DNA from: Octopus sinensis
Taxonomy: Eukaryota
Reading direction: 5' to 3'
Assembly (NCBI RefSeq): GCF_006345805.1
Contig: NC_042997.1
Span: 16,802,001 to 16,866,000 of the forward strand
DNA: 64,000 bases
In this document: positions 1 through 14,548 of the stretch, piece after piece
Numbering within the stretch: the first letter of the stretch is position 1
How the letters are laid out: every line of letters begins with the position of its first letter
Made by a program: the position numbers and the translations under genes
Notes under the pieces: model-generated
The model's input: the letters and a program-made list of their open reading frames with translations, nothing else
Database searches by the model: none
What the model was told of the DNA's origin: nothing

Positions 1-1049
1 TTAAATAACTTTGTCATTACTAAGCTGGGGTTTCAAACAAATTATATGAAATTTAATGGAAGATTTTACTTTAAAACAGGAAGTTTGTATCACACAATTA
101 TAATGGTTTCAGATATACTAATATATTAGTTGTAAGGAGAAAAATAGAAATAAAAGGATGAAGTTATGAATTTCGGTGACTTAATAAAGGATTTTCTTTA
201 AAATAAGAGTAAAGTATAAACATAGGTGAGTATAGTATGTTTTTACAAATACTGCTACTACTTGATATGGATAGTTTGAATGTGAAAGAGTTGACGACTT
301 ATTTTAACCATTCATGGTTACCATTCTCTTCCTTAGATAAAAAATATTGTGAAAGAGTCATTTAACAATTTAAGAACTTGTCAAACTTTGCATGTATTTC
401 TTAAAAGCGTAGCATATTATGGAGTATAAAAAAAGTTTTGCCAGACTATCTGTAACCTAGTCAATGGCGCATTTCCACTGTATCTGATACAATGGAATTG
501 TGATTGGGTCCAGAAGTGTGATGAAACTTTTTGACACTTTATAATAGACTACTTTTGAGAAACAAACAGAAAGAAAGTGTAAGAGTTTTTGTGTGTTCTT
601 AAATGGTTAAAAATTACTTTCACAATACAATTGCTTTACTTTCAACACATGGTCTCAGAACAAGTCAGTTGTTAAACAACTAGAACTTTGACATACATAC
701 ATGCATACATACATACACACACACATACACATGTGTGTATGTATGTGTGTGTAGGTATAGGTATTATTGCTGATCTCACATGATAATGAACGATTAGAGT
801 TGTTGAAGATGTGAAATATGTCAAGAAAAGTATGAAGTATTTCTATTTATGTAGTTACCTGTCAATCTGTCTATTTATACATCCATTCAACTGATCTACG
901 TATGTATGTATACATACATATGAGTATGTATGTATGTGTAGCTATGTATCTATCCATCTATCCTATCAATCCATATACTACTCTTTATTTGTGTGTGTGT
1001 ACATGTGTAGTGTACACACACTCACACACACACAAAGATATGTATTTAT

Positions 1050-1214
1050 AAAGATATATATATATAAATATACATGCATATATCTATCTATCTATATGTA
1101 GATATATATATTTATGTATATGTGTGTGCACATGTACATATGTATATATGTATGTAACTATATAAAAATTATATATATATGTACATGTGTGTATATGTAT
1201 ATATATATATGCTT

Positions 1215-1245
<31 letters not shown>

Positions 1246-1254
1246 ATGTATGTA

Positions 1255-1309
<55 letters not shown>

Positions 1310-1372
1310 TTTATATATATACATGTGTGTGTGTGCTTATGTGTATACACACACACACTCACTCACTAATGA
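1050..1372. repeat. Compound (TA)n/(TG)n/(CA)n microsatellite
   Basis: Directly visible; source of the spurious Y/I-rich ORFs. Confidence 0.95.
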
Positions 1373-1777
1373 AAGAAAGAAAGAAAGAAAGATATTTATA
1401 CAAACATAGTTTTCATATCTCGCCTATTTCTGTGTTGGACATTAACAAGAGACACTTCACAATAATAGCGATATGTTGAAATGAAGTTTTTGACAAGTTA
1501 AATGGAGCAGGCTAATGACTTGAAACTAGTGTGTGCATTTGCTGTGTGAGATTGCCAACATTCCCAGTAAGTTTTGGCAAAATAACTAATAGTCTTGTAC
1601 CAGATTTCTTACAGGAACACACATATTATAACTCAGTTATCTGACACTCACTAAATATATGATTGACATGCAAGAAATCTCTCAGATATGATAGGTTCTC
1701 AGAGAAATAGTCTGTCTTTCATCCACTCACACTCTTTTCCCTAGCACACTCTCATTCACTTTCTGTTTCCTTCCTTA

Positions 1778-1811
<34 letters not shown>

Positions 1812-2171
1812 CATACATACACACATACGTATATATAGACACACATATACACATATCTAGACATATATGCATGCGTGCACACAACACACACACACACACA
1901 CACACACACACCTCATACATATACATATATTTTTTAGTCTAATCAGCAAAAGTTATAAAGTGACTCAAGGGCTAAGAGTTTTGTGCATTGGAAGTTATCA
2001 AAGTTTGATACGTGCAAATGCACAAAACTCTCAGCCCTTGAATCAATTTGTAACTTCTGCTGAATTTTGAGTTCTATTTTTCTGTTTGTATCACCAAAGC
2101 TACACTTTCAGTACTATGTGTCAAAAGTGAAACAATAACATCTCTATTGTAATGTGATATAATAGTTTCAC

Positions 2172-2228
<57 letters not shown>

Positions 2229-2241
2229 GTGTGTGTGTGTG

Positions 2242-2276
<35 letters not shown>

Positions 2277-2553
2277 TGTATATATATGTATATATATTTA
2301 TGTATGTATATATCTATGTATGTAAATATGTGTATATATATATATGTATATATATATCTATGTATATGTATATATATGTATATGTATGTATATATGTGTA
2401 TATATATACATATATATATGTGTATGCATATATATGTATATATGTGTATACATATATATATGTATATATATGTGTATATGTATATATATGTATATATAGA
2501 TAGATATATATACATGTGTATATATATGTATATTTGTGTAAATATATATGTAT
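2172..2553. repeat. Compound (TA)n/(TG)n microsatellite
   Basis: Directly visible. Confidence 0.95.
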
Positions 2554-2919
2554 GACATTGCAAAAAAATCCTCTCTATTTTATCAGGCATAATGTACCCC
2601 AGGTTATATTATCGCATGGGCCTTCCTTTTGAAAGTGGTACAGCATGGTTTGAAGATTTTGCTGCTATTTCTAACAAACCAGGTGTCCATACAGACACTC
2701 CTACAGTGTCTTGTAACCATACTGATTGTTGAGAAAAACGTCATTTTTATTAATCATAGGTTTGTGTAATGGCTGAAAATAATCACATCACATTAAAATA
2801 TATATTTGATGACTGAAACAGTTATTGGTGAGTCATAAATACAAAATTATGTGTAAGAGTCTGTTTGTGTGTGTTTGCATCATTATCATTGTCATCATTG
2901 TCACCATGATGATCATCAA

Positions 2920-3180
2920 AAAGTAAAAGTAAAGTTACCTTCTCAAGTCATGCTGACTCATAAGGGCTGATTTCTTGGTTTCTATGGCATAAAAATTCCC
3001 CACCTGGACGGGATATTGGTCTGTTGCAAGATTACTCATTTTTGCCAGCTGAGTGGACTGGAGCAACATGAAATGAAGTGTTTTCCTCAAGAATACAACA
3101 CATCACTTTGTCCCGGAATCGAAACCACACTCTTACAATGATGAGTCCAACACCCCTAGCCACTAAGTCATGTACCTCCA
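2920..3180 (-). mobile_element. tRNA-derived SINE (family distinct from the main one)
   Basis: Minus strand begins tggaggtacatgacttagtggctaggg (A-box-like), followed by ggtttcgattccggg (B-box-like). It ends in a short (tttac)-type tail. Confidence 0.65.
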
Positions 3181-3535
3181 CATCATCATCATCATTGTTT
3201 TATTGGATGCCCTTCCTGTCACTAACATCACTCATTTCTAAGCAAGGTAATATTTCCCCAAGGCTGGACATGTTTTTCCACTAAAGACTGGAGATGAGGG
3301 TCACCACACTGGTATGTATGATGGTGACATTTCTTAATGACTATTGAGTGATGCCATAACTAGGACACACGTATACCATGGGCTTCTTTCAATTTCCTCT
3401 TACTAAATTCACTCATGAAGATTTGGTCAGCCTGGGTTATTGTAGAAGACATTTACCCAAGATGCAATGCAGTCAGGGTGAACCTGAAGCCACATGGCTG
3501 GGAAGCATGCTTCTTAACTTCACAGTTATGCTACC
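3181..3535 (-). mobile_element. Decayed tRNA-headed SINE with RTE-like 3' tail
   Basis: Colinear similarity with copies at 11545-11950, 22607-23083, 34365-34803 and 36587-36989. Confidence 0.65.
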
Positions 3536-4564
3536 TATATTGCTGTATTTTTTTTAATTACTTTTCATTAGTATTACTGCCTGAATGTTTAATTTTGCTG
3601 CTGCTTATTTTTCCAGCATTGCTCATGTGCACTATTGTTTTGTATTGCTCATGCCTTTATGTTTTGTCTTCATATATTTAACTTTAGAAATCATTTCTGA
3701 CGGGTGTTAATATCACTAGGCTATTAGAGTGTCAACTGGGCTAGCAACTTTATCCTAAGGAATTGAAACCATGATAATCCCTAGATAGACAGCCAATGAA
3801 GGGGATCTTTTCGTTTTCTTCATCTGTTATATGTCTTCATTGTTTGTACCAAATGTCTTTCATATATATGAATATATGTGTGTGTGTGTGTGTGTATTTC
3901 ATCATAATTATTTCTTCTATATTAAGTTGGCATGTTTTGAACAAATGCTTTTTGAGGCAGTAACTTAGAGCTGGATGTTCTTCCTTTTGCCAACCCATAT
4001 GTGCTTTGAGTAAGAGATTTTTTATTGTGTAGTCAAAAATAGAAATGGAGGAAAATGAAATCTTTAACAGTCAACATTCAAGGGCTCTACCAAAACTATG
4101 GCTTAGCATTTTAAATTATCTAGATACTCCCAGACAACATTTCTTACTGTGGAGCCAATTCATACCGAGTCTCATTTACTTAAAAACTTAAGAAGAACTA
4201 TGCCATCTAAATGCTTACAAGGTCATTGCTAGTTTTAATATTTCTGAACATATATTTTTTCCTTATGTTGTCCCTTTGTGAGTCAACTTTTTGTAATGAT
4301 AGATGTTCACATCCCTGTGTTTATATGCACTGATATGTCTACACATGCACATGCATGTATTTGTGTGTGTTTGTGTATGTGTGTGTGTGTGTGTATGTGT
4401 GTGTGTGTGCGTGTGTGTGCACCATGCAGATATGTATGTTTTCTCACCAGATATTCCACATAGTTCATCCTAACCAGTACTAGTCACATATTTTTTAACT
4501 GGTTGATTCTTAGAACCATTTTCCCTTTCACTAACCCATCATATATATATATATTCGCGCGCGC

Positions 4565-4609
<45 letters not shown>

Positions 4610-6829
4610 TGTGCCTGTGTATATATGAAAGTTTGTTCCTTAGAACAAAGAACTGTAGACTTGAAAAAAAGTACAGTTTATAATGAAGTAAAGTAAGCTG
4701 TATAAATATTCAATGCAGCTGAGAAAGCTTTATTTCTTTCAAAAGATCAATTGTTTCTTCTAATGAATAATCGATTGTTTCACAGCAGACATAGCAGCAA
4801 TGCTTTGCATGTACCCAGGGACTGTACATCAAGTATGAATAACAATGGAGTTGCATACATTGTTACTCACCATGCTGAGATTCAACGACCACAATGCTAG
4901 CTACAACTTAAATATCTTGCTCTGGATCACTTGAACACTGCCAAGTCCAGTCATATGCTTGAGTTTGGCATAGTTTGTGCAAATTGTAGCAACTGGGTGT
5001 TGCCATTACATATGGCTTGGATAAAGAATTTAACAACTGGTATTGTTTGTTGTGGTTGATGGAAATGTAGCTCATCCAAGATAGCACAATCATTCAATAT
5101 ATTCCTCCTAAGAATGGTTGTGTCATGTGTAGTGTCACAGCAGACCTGCTAACAATGACAGGAAACCAGCTATGAAATCATTAAACCAGGTACGGCATTT
5201 AATGGCAACCCAGATGCCACTGTGTGGAATAGTTACTTGCTCAACGCACATACTTCCAACAAGCAGAACTGTAGCTCAGCTTGCTGATCTACCTTAAGCC
5301 CACCAAATCATCTTTCATTAGTAGCTTAGGTATTCAAACTTTTCTTAGCCACCAGTTTTCCTCAATAGTACCAAACTTTTTTTACAAGTATGTGTATTTT
5401 TTTTTACTCCTTACGGATACACTACACACACACATGAAATACATAGAAAATGATTGTATTTTCCAAGTTATAAGTTATGGTTTTTATATCTAGGTTAACT
5501 CTTTTGTTGCTGAAATTGTGAGTATCTCTTTCTTCTGTATTTTTACTTTTTAGCTCCTGCTAGAAGAAAAACTAACAATATGGTATACCCTCAAGTACTG
5601 CAATAGACTGTGGAGAAAGTGACATATGAGAAAAAGAATTCATTTAGAATAATTGTGTAAACTAGTACAGTATTTTGAAAAAGCGCATTTTTTCAGAAAA
5701 TAAAGTAATAATGTTGGTGTATGTATTTTAGGTGTGTGTGTGTATGCATTTTTATGAAGCTCAACTTGAATCATCATCTGGTTTACTTGGATGTGAATGA
5801 AACCACGTTAAATTATTATTTATCATGCATTTTTGTTTATTTCAGTTAAGTTTACCATCCACTACATATCTTTTGCAAATGTCCATTGTTGAAAGAAACA
5901 TGTACACATGCATACATAAATATACAACTGGCTTCCAAGCTGTTTCCATCTGTCAACTACTTACTAATCATTGGTTAACTTTATGATAAAAGAAACTTGC
6001 CCACGTTAGTGCTTAATGGAAATGAACCTGGATCCGAGTGATTGCAAAATAAACTGCTTAACCAAACAGCTATTTCTGCACCCATATACTGTGATTTATA
6101 AGTTTACCATTCTGCATTAAATGATTGTGATGTTGAAATATCTTTGTCTGGATCAAGTAGTTTCAAATTAATATATTTTGGTAGCAACTTTTGCTTAATA
6201 CATGAGGTATTAGATTAATCCCAGAAAAAACATTTATACTTATTACATAGACACACAGTCGACTTTTTTAAGTCTATATGCATTGAGGAAAATTTGTTCA
6301 AAAATACTTCAGTGTGAATATGTGCATGTTCTATAGTTCTGGTTCTGTTATGTGTGTGTGTATATATATATAAGAGGCATTTAAAAGTATAGTCTAAATG
6401 AGAAAAAAGAGAGCAAATTGTATCGCATTTATATACATATGTATGTGTTTATATATATGTATATATATATATATAGATATATATACATACGAGCTGGTCT
6501 ACACGATGACCAATGCAATAATTTGTGTTACATTATTAATTATAGAGAATGTATTTCTATATTCATATATACATAAATACAATTATATGTATCAAATACA
6601 TACATACATGCATATATACATATACATATACATATATATATGTATGTATGTCTGGATGTGTGTGTCTGAAATAAATATAGAATTGAACAATGATAGTCTC
6701 AACAGTATCTACATTTAAAAATAGTGTGAAAGCTGTCGGCATGAAGACTATTATTCAGTAATTTGTCTGTTAAGTTATTAATTATAAAGAATATAATTGC
6801 ATTAAAAGATAATTTTTTTTACTTTGGCA

Positions 6830-7115
6830 GGCAGCTACAATTTTGATTGAATCAAATCCAGTACATGATTGTTACTTATTTTATTGAGCATCAAAGAATA
6901 GCTTTTATTTTAGACAGAATACTAGAAGTTTTGAAGTGAAGGAGTTAGTTGATTCCATCAACCCCAGTACTTGACTGGTACTTTATTTTATAGGCCCTGA
7001 ATGATGAAAAGCAATGTTGAACTTCTGAGATTTAAACTTAGGATGGAAAGAGCCAGAAAAAATACCACAAAATATTTTTGTCTGATGCTTTGATGATTCT
7101 GCAAGCTTATCACCT
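6830..7115 (-). mobile_element. Decayed SINE(s) with central domain '...tttcatc...aaataaagtaccagtcaagtactggggttgat...'
   Basis: The same motif recurs near 33420-33610, 34200-34340, 36210-36300, 37130-37260 and 42170-42280. Confidence 0.55.
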
Positions 7116-9384
7116 TAAAAATGCTAGCTCTAAAGAAAGAAAAGAAAAATTGGCTCTTGTGGGCTCTAAACTTGGAACAGAGAAGAATGGCAAATAAATA
7201 TCACAAAGCACAGCTGTTCTACTGTTTTCTTCCACTGGACCCAGACTTGAAGAACAGCATTAGAAATTAGCTTCATGATTATGAGGTTCCAGTTTTGATC
7301 CCACTGCATAGTAATCTGAAAAATTATCTTTTCCTATAGTTTTGGGTTGACCTAAATCTTGTAAATGAAAATGTAGGGAGGTCTGTTGGATGAATGAGAC
7401 ATTGAAGGGCCAGTTGTGTCACACTGTATTACACTAATACTGCTAGACAGCTAAATTTCTGGTAAATGTATGTGCAAAATGTTCTGTCACATACATGTTA
7501 ATTTAATGAATAAGTATTTCAGTTGATCAAACAAGGGATGTGCATTGTCAAAACTAATTAAGGAGCCATAATGTTCTTTCTATTCTGCAATATTTTATGG
7601 TATTAAAAAATGATTTCTTACATAGGGTCAAATTCAAAACTTTTTTTTGAGTAAGATGTTTATAGTCTATCATATCAATTCTAATTCTTGACTGCCATTC
7701 ATTTCATTGATCAGAGGGGTGACTTTATGTGGTGGCTCAACCTGCCAGAAATAATAGCTAAATCTCTTTGCAATCACAACCTACTGTCTTAAAAATGGAA
7801 GAATGTATTGGATAATGTAGTCCAAGATATTCTGTCTGCAGAAAAGGAAGAACAGTCAAGTCTGGAACACTGTTCATCATAGATCTCATTCAATCATAGT
7901 TAACTTTGATCTAACAGCAATGACAAGTCTGATAGTATGAAAAGCAAAGACAACCTCAACTAGATTTGGAAACTGAAAATAAAAGGTTATATTACATAGA
8001 TACTACAGTACTACAATTCATTGCACTACTAATTTAGACATTACGATTCTAAATATGGAATAATGGTGAATAAATTATATTTTTAATAGCTGAATGTAAA
8101 ATGATTGATTCTATAGAAATTTACTTTAATGTTCTGAATTGCTTAATACTTTGGTCCAGCATTTAAGTCTAGCTAATGAATAAATTAACTAAATATATTA
8201 TATATTTTTTTATATGAATATTCATGTACTACTGGAACATAATTATGTATTGGGTTATATTGTGACAAATTCTAGATGTGATGTTTTAAAAATTTTGGAA
8301 TATTCTGTCTATACAATGACTAGTATTTAAGGATTAGGGCAATTTTGATACTAATTATATTGTCTCAAAGAAAAATTGCATGTATGTATGCATGTACCAT
8401 TTCAACGATTTTGTACAAAAATATGAATGACTGATACATGTTTATGGATGACAGTGTAGAATTATGATGTGCATATACATGTAATAATATGATTGGCATC
8501 TAGCGAAAATTTCAAATATGATAAAGTTTCAGAGAAACAGAAATTAATACACACACAAACAAACACACATGTTTATCTAGTGTATATTCATATATACATT
8601 TGTATGTATATTTATGTGTTTGTATGTATGTACTTAAAGGTTTATGCAGTTAGATTCATATTAAGAGCACTGCACTCATCAGTGTATATATTTAAAAGCA
8701 GACTGATTTACGGGAGCTTTAAGTATTATGGTTTTAAATTCCAAGTTATCTCTCTTTCTCATTCCCTCTTCCTTCAAAAACATGTTTATGTAATATGCAT
8801 GCACACATGCCTTCACACACATGCATAGATATAATTCTACTCATTAGAGAATCATTTACACAACTAAAGCTAGTTTTAACATATAAAAAAACTATAATAG
8901 ATCTATATAACGTGACACTTATATATTAAGACAAAATGTTGTCACCAATCAGCAGATCTCAAGCCACCAATTTAAATATTGCCTCATCTACTTAGATGCA
9001 TACACAGACAACAAATGATATGAATCATATGTAACTATGGCTCTCATATGTATCGAATGACATATGGCTTTATACAAAAGAAATAAATTTATGTGTTAAT
9101 ATAAATCTGTGCATACATGTTTCATGTACATTTATATATGTGTCTGTGTGTGTGTTTATAAATATATATATTATATACATATGTATATGTCTATATATAC
9201 AAACATACACGCACACACATAAATAGATAGATTTATGTATATATTTATATATACATATTTACATGTATGTTTTAGCATTAAAAACTGTACTAGCAAGGAG
9301 ACAAGAAAGAACTTAATATGAAATATAGTTATAAGAACACCAACACTACTACTCCCCTACCCATCCTCCCCTCCTTTCTCCTAG

Positions 9385-11233
9385 AGTTAGCCTAGATGAG
9401 ATGTAGTTTGGTTTTGTGTCAGTCAGAAGCACCACTCATGCTATATTTCTGGTAAGGCAACTGCAGGAGAAATATCTAGCCAAAGATAAACCTCTGCACT
9501 TAGCTTTTGTTGACTTGGAGAAAGCCATTGACAGGGTCCCCTGATTCCTTATCTGGTAGTCAGTGTGGAAACTTTGGGATAGATGAGTGGTTGGTAAGAG
9601 CTGTAGAAGCCCTGTACAGGGATGCTGTCAGTAAGGTGAGTGTTGGCAATGAGTATAGTGAAGAATTCTGGGTAGAAGTAGGGGTTCACCAAGGATCAGT
9701 CCTCAGCTCCCTCTTATTCATCATAGTCCTCCAGGCAATAACAAAGGAATGCAAGATAGGCTGCTCCTGGGTGCTCCTCTATGCTGATGACCTTGCTCTA
9801 ATAGCTGAGTCACTGCCAGAACTAGAGACGAAGTTTAGGGTGTGGAAGCAAGGTCTAGAATCGAAGGGCTTTAGGGTTAACCTAGCAAAAACCAAAGACA
9901 AATCACAAACCCTTTCAGGTAGATGGCCCTGCTTGATCTGTAGAAAAGGTGTGGATAGAAATGTTGTACCCAGAGTAAGCTATGGATACATAAAAGGTGT
10001 AGCAATATCAAAGGAAGGTTAACAGGTTAATGGTGAAGATAGATTTTGTGTGTGGCAGATGCACAGGAGCAATAAACACTGAAGATGTACAGAAAACAGA
10101 TTCCATCACGTGCCAAGAGGAAAAACTAGAAGTAGTCAATAGCTTCCACTACTTAGGTGACCAAGTCTGTAGAGGGAATGGTTGCTCTGAGTGTGTAGCA
10201 GCTAGAATAAGAATAGTTTGGGCAAAGTTCAGGGAGCTCCTACCTCTGCTGGCAACTAAGGGCCTCGCTCAGGATGAATGGTAGACTCTATGATGTATGT
10301 GTGTGAATTGTCATGCTGCACAGCAATGAAACATGGGCTATGACTGCTGAGAACATGTATAGGCTTGAAAGAAATGAAGCTAGTATGATCCACTGGATGT
10401 GTAATGTCAGTGTGCATACACGACAGAGTGTGAACACTCTGAGAGAAAAGTTGGACATAAGAAGCATCAAATGTAGTGTGCAAGAGAGATGGCTGCACTA
10501 GTATGGTCATGTATTATGTATGGGTGAGGACAGCTGTGTCAGGAAGTGCCACACCCTAACTATGAAAGGAACCTGTGGATGAGGTAGACCTAAGAAGACA
10601 TGGGATGAGGTGGTGAAGCGTGACCTTCGAACATTGGGCAATGAAAGGAGACCGAGACCTTTGGAGATATGCTGTGATTGAGAAGACCCAGCAACTAAAG
10701 TAAGATCGCAGCCGATGACAGTGTTGCATGTCCGACCCATTTAAAAGGTACCCTTGATGCATTGGGTGATATGCTTGAGAAGACCTGTTGTGTCAAGTAA
10801 AACCAAAACTGTAGCTGTGGCCAGTACTGGCTCTCTTTCCAGTGACATGTAAAATGCATCATCTGAGTGTAGTTGGTGCCAGTGACCCCTGACTGGCTCT
10901 TGTGCAAGTGGCACATAAAAAGCACCATCCGAACATGGCCAATGCCAGTGCCCTCTGACTGACCCCCATGCTGGTGGCATGTAAAAAGCACCATCTGAAT
11001 GTGATTGATGCCAAGCCTGCCTGAATGGCTCCTGTGCTGGTGGTATGTAAAAAGCACCCACTACACTTTCAGAGTGGTTGGCATTAGGAAAGGTATCCAG
11101 CTGTAGAAACATTGCCAGATCAGATTGGAGCCTGGTGCAGCCACTAGCTTTCCAGACCTCAGTCACACTGTCCAACTCATGCCAGCATGGAAAATAGATG
11201 TTAAAACACGACGAAGACGATGATGATGATGAT
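9385..11233 (+). mobile_element. 5'-truncated, frameshifted RTE-clade LINE (RT, C-terminus, 3' UTR and (GAT)n tail)
   Basis: RT motifs FGFV, AFVDLEKA, GVHQGSVLS, LLYADDL, NLAKTK and SFHYLGD. RTE-type C-terminus ETWAM..RLERNEASM..WMC and GRPKKTW. Ends in a gatgatgat tail next to (TA)n. Confidence 0.92.
10840..11060 (+). repeat. 66-bp tandem repeat in the RTE 3' UTR
   Basis: taaaa(a/t)gca(c/t)c recurs at 10850, 10916, 10982 and 11048. Confidence 0.85.
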
Positions 11234-11532
<299 letters not shown>

Positions 11533-11544
11533 AAACAACTATCA

Positions 11545-11950
11545 TCATCATTTTATATCTACTTTTCCATGCTTACATGGGTTGAACTTGATTTGTTGGC
11601 GCAAATTTTCTGCAGCTGGATGCCCTTTCTCTCATTAGCACTCACCTGTTTCCAAGCAAGATAATATTTCTCTATGGTCAGACATGCTTTCAAGGAAGAT
11701 TGGAAATGAAAAATACCACTTGTATGAAGGTAGCATTCATTTACAACTACCATGCAATGTCAAAACAAGGGGACACTAAAACACATATACATACTTATAT
11801 ATATATATCCAAAAGACTCCTTACAGTTTCTGTCTGTCAAATCTACTCACATGGCTTTGGTTGGTCCAGGGCTCTAAATAGGAGAAAGGAGGTGCCACAT
11901 AGACTGAACCTAAAACCATGTGGTAGATAGCAAACTCCTCAACCACACAA
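11545..11950 (-). mobile_element. tRNA-headed SINE with RTE-like 3' tail
   Basis: Contains ttttccatgc..catgggtt and ctggatgccctt (tail) and gactgaacc..aaccatgtgg (head). Confidence 0.7.
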
Positions 11951-12299
11951 AGTATTTGATATTGTTTTTGTTGCTTAACATCAGGTGAGCCTTAAATGAA
12001 AATAGTCTAGCCTTGTAAATACATATAGCATTTCATTGTTTTACCAAGGAAAGCATAAAATTGTACGAGAAATTCCTGTATCAGAAATCGGCATCAACTA
12101 ATGGATATATAAATGTGTGTTAATTCAGATTACAAATACTCATAAATATAAGTTTTCTGCAAATAGCTTCGTTTAGCCAACCATACACTCAGTCAGAAGA
12201 CAAACAAGGCTGGATGTAAAACACATTTGAGTATGGGTTTCCAATTCTGGTTACTACTTGTATGTGTGTACCTATACTATATACAAAAATATCTCTATA

Positions 12300-12374
12300 T
12301 GTTGAAGTATATATGTATATATATGTAAGTGAATTATATACATATATACACATAGATATATACATAGACATGTG

Positions 12375-12419
<45 letters not shown>

Positions 12420-12528
12420 GCAAACACACACACATATAAATACACACATATATACATATCTATGTATATATACACACATATACATATATATGCATATAAC
12501 TACATATATCATATCTATCTATCTATCT

Positions 12529-12559
<31 letters not shown>

Positions 12560-13289
12560 TACATATAACTACATATGCCATGTATATATATTTGTATTTA
12601 TGTATGCATATATGTGTACATATATAATGTATGCAATGTATTTACATATATTGCATACACATAGTCAAATAGAAACATGTTCATACATATATCCATATTG
12701 TAACAGCAAACTGCAACACTTGTGCAAGATTACACATACTAAACTATGTGTTTACTTATTTATGTGCATAGTCAAATATGGGCATGCATACATGCATGAG
12801 TCTATACAAGTGTATAAACTTTTATGTAAATTCATCTATCTACTCTAACTAACTATTGGTGTGTGCATTGCATTCACTCTGTGTATCTAATTGTCTAAGA
12901 GTATATGTGTGTCTGTTCATACACCATTTAAATAAATAAAATGTGCAAACACAGGAACATACACCACTGAATAAACCTATAAATATATATGAATATGACA
13001 GACAACTGTTAATATGTTCACATATAAACTTAAACATAGATTTTTGTGTACATACACACACTATAATCACATACATTCATATGAGTATGTATGAATATAT
13101 GTATATCATCATCATCATCATCATCATCGTTTAATGCCTGTCTTCCATGCATATACATACACAGACACATATTGTACTCACATCCATGTATGTATGATAT
13201 ATATACATATATGCTCGAGCATAAATACATGCATGTTTATATATATATAGGTGTATACATATATGTGTATATATATATATAAATGTATG

Positions 13290-13328
<39 letters not shown>

Positions 13329-13490
13329 TTATATATATATATATGCATATACACAAATGTATATATATATATATATATATACATATGTATATATATGTTT
13401 GTGTATATATCTCTATCTATCTATCTATCTATCTATATATGTACATGCACACACAAATATATAAATGCATAATATATATATATATATATT
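12300..13490. repeat. Cluster of degenerate (TA)n/(CA)n/(TATC)n microsatellites with an RTE-type tail stub at about 13105-13150
   Basis: Directly visible; (cat)n-cgtttaatgcctgtcttccatgc matches the RTE 3' terminus on the minus strand. Confidence 0.8.
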
Positions 13491-14371
13491 TGGCACATAC
13501 ATTTTTTTGCGCAATTTTCTCTCTCTGCTTAAGTAATTATTGTTGAGTTGTTGAGTATTTTGTAGATTATCCTATTTTTTGTTTTTGATGGTTGGTGAAT
13601 ATAATTACCGAAAATTATAGGAAACAATGACTTTCCCTTTGTTACTGAGGGAATGCTTTGGAGAGAATACATTGTTATAGTAATTTTAGGTAATAATATA
13701 ACTTGGGAATAAAAACAACAACAACAAAAGCACTCATATCACTCAAGCTCTTATATTTAGGATAGCATTTTGTGGATATGCTGGTGTTGGGTTTTTGAGC
13801 TAATGCATAAAAGGGGGAGGGACAGGTGGTTTCCCTCCCTATCATCCCACCTCCTAAATGAATAAATAAATCATAGCAAATGAAATATAAAGCTAAGCGA
13901 AAAGGAAAAATCAAAACAACACTTTATGTCAGTCAAATAAATATACATAAATAAATATGTATAGTCAATAGTTTTGTGTTAGGAACAGCAGTGGTTGGGG
14001 TGCTGATAATGATGGTCGGGTAGGATCAGAATGGATGAGTGAATTGCAGGGATGATGGGGAAGGGGCATTTGTAGCGTGTAATTTTCTGTCAAGCACTGA
14101 CTTTGTTGTGTCATTGTTATGTTATTAGTGAAGTTGACATGGTGAGGTTATATAACAAGCAAACATTTGACAGATGTATACTTAATGTTTAGTAACAACA
14201 TATTAGATAAAGGTTAGATTCTCTTTACTCTTTAAGGACTGAATATTTATGAAACTTTGCTACTATGAAAATGTGAAAGAGATTTCCTCAACAGTTTTAT
14301 GTATACTAAATGTGTGTGTATGTGTGTATGTATTTATGCATGTATTTCTTTCTTTATTTATTTATGTATGT

Positions 14372-14410
14372 ATGTATGCATGTGTGTATGTGTATGTATG
14401 TATTTATGAA

Positions 14411-14447
<37 letters not shown>

Positions 14448-14499
14448 TCTGTCTGTCTGTCTGTGTCTGTTGTCTGTCTGTCGTGTCTGTCTGTCTGTC

Positions 14500-14548
<49 letters not shown>

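Noticed and set aside
362-610. TTAA-bounded 12-bp inverted repeat suggesting a piggyBac-like MITE
   Set aside because: Short AT-rich match with a mismatch near the terminus; it cannot be distinguished from the interior of a larger repeat.
1084-2590. Many Y/I/C/V/H/T-rich ORFs here and throughout the track
   Set aside because: They are translations of (TA)n/(CA)n microsatellites, open in several frames and on both strands.
4556-4612. (CG)6-(TG)n potential Z-DNA
   Set aside because: A common microsatellite junction with no evidence of function.
4790-5300. GC-richer stretch with LDLAVFK on the minus strand, reminiscent of a DDE transposase or a further exon
   Set aside because: Single short motif, stop codons nearby, and no FN3 signature or convincing splice sites.
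10840-11060. CRISPR-like periodicity
   Set aside because: Whole units are similar with no unique spacers, they lie in a LINE UTR, and the context is eukaryotic.
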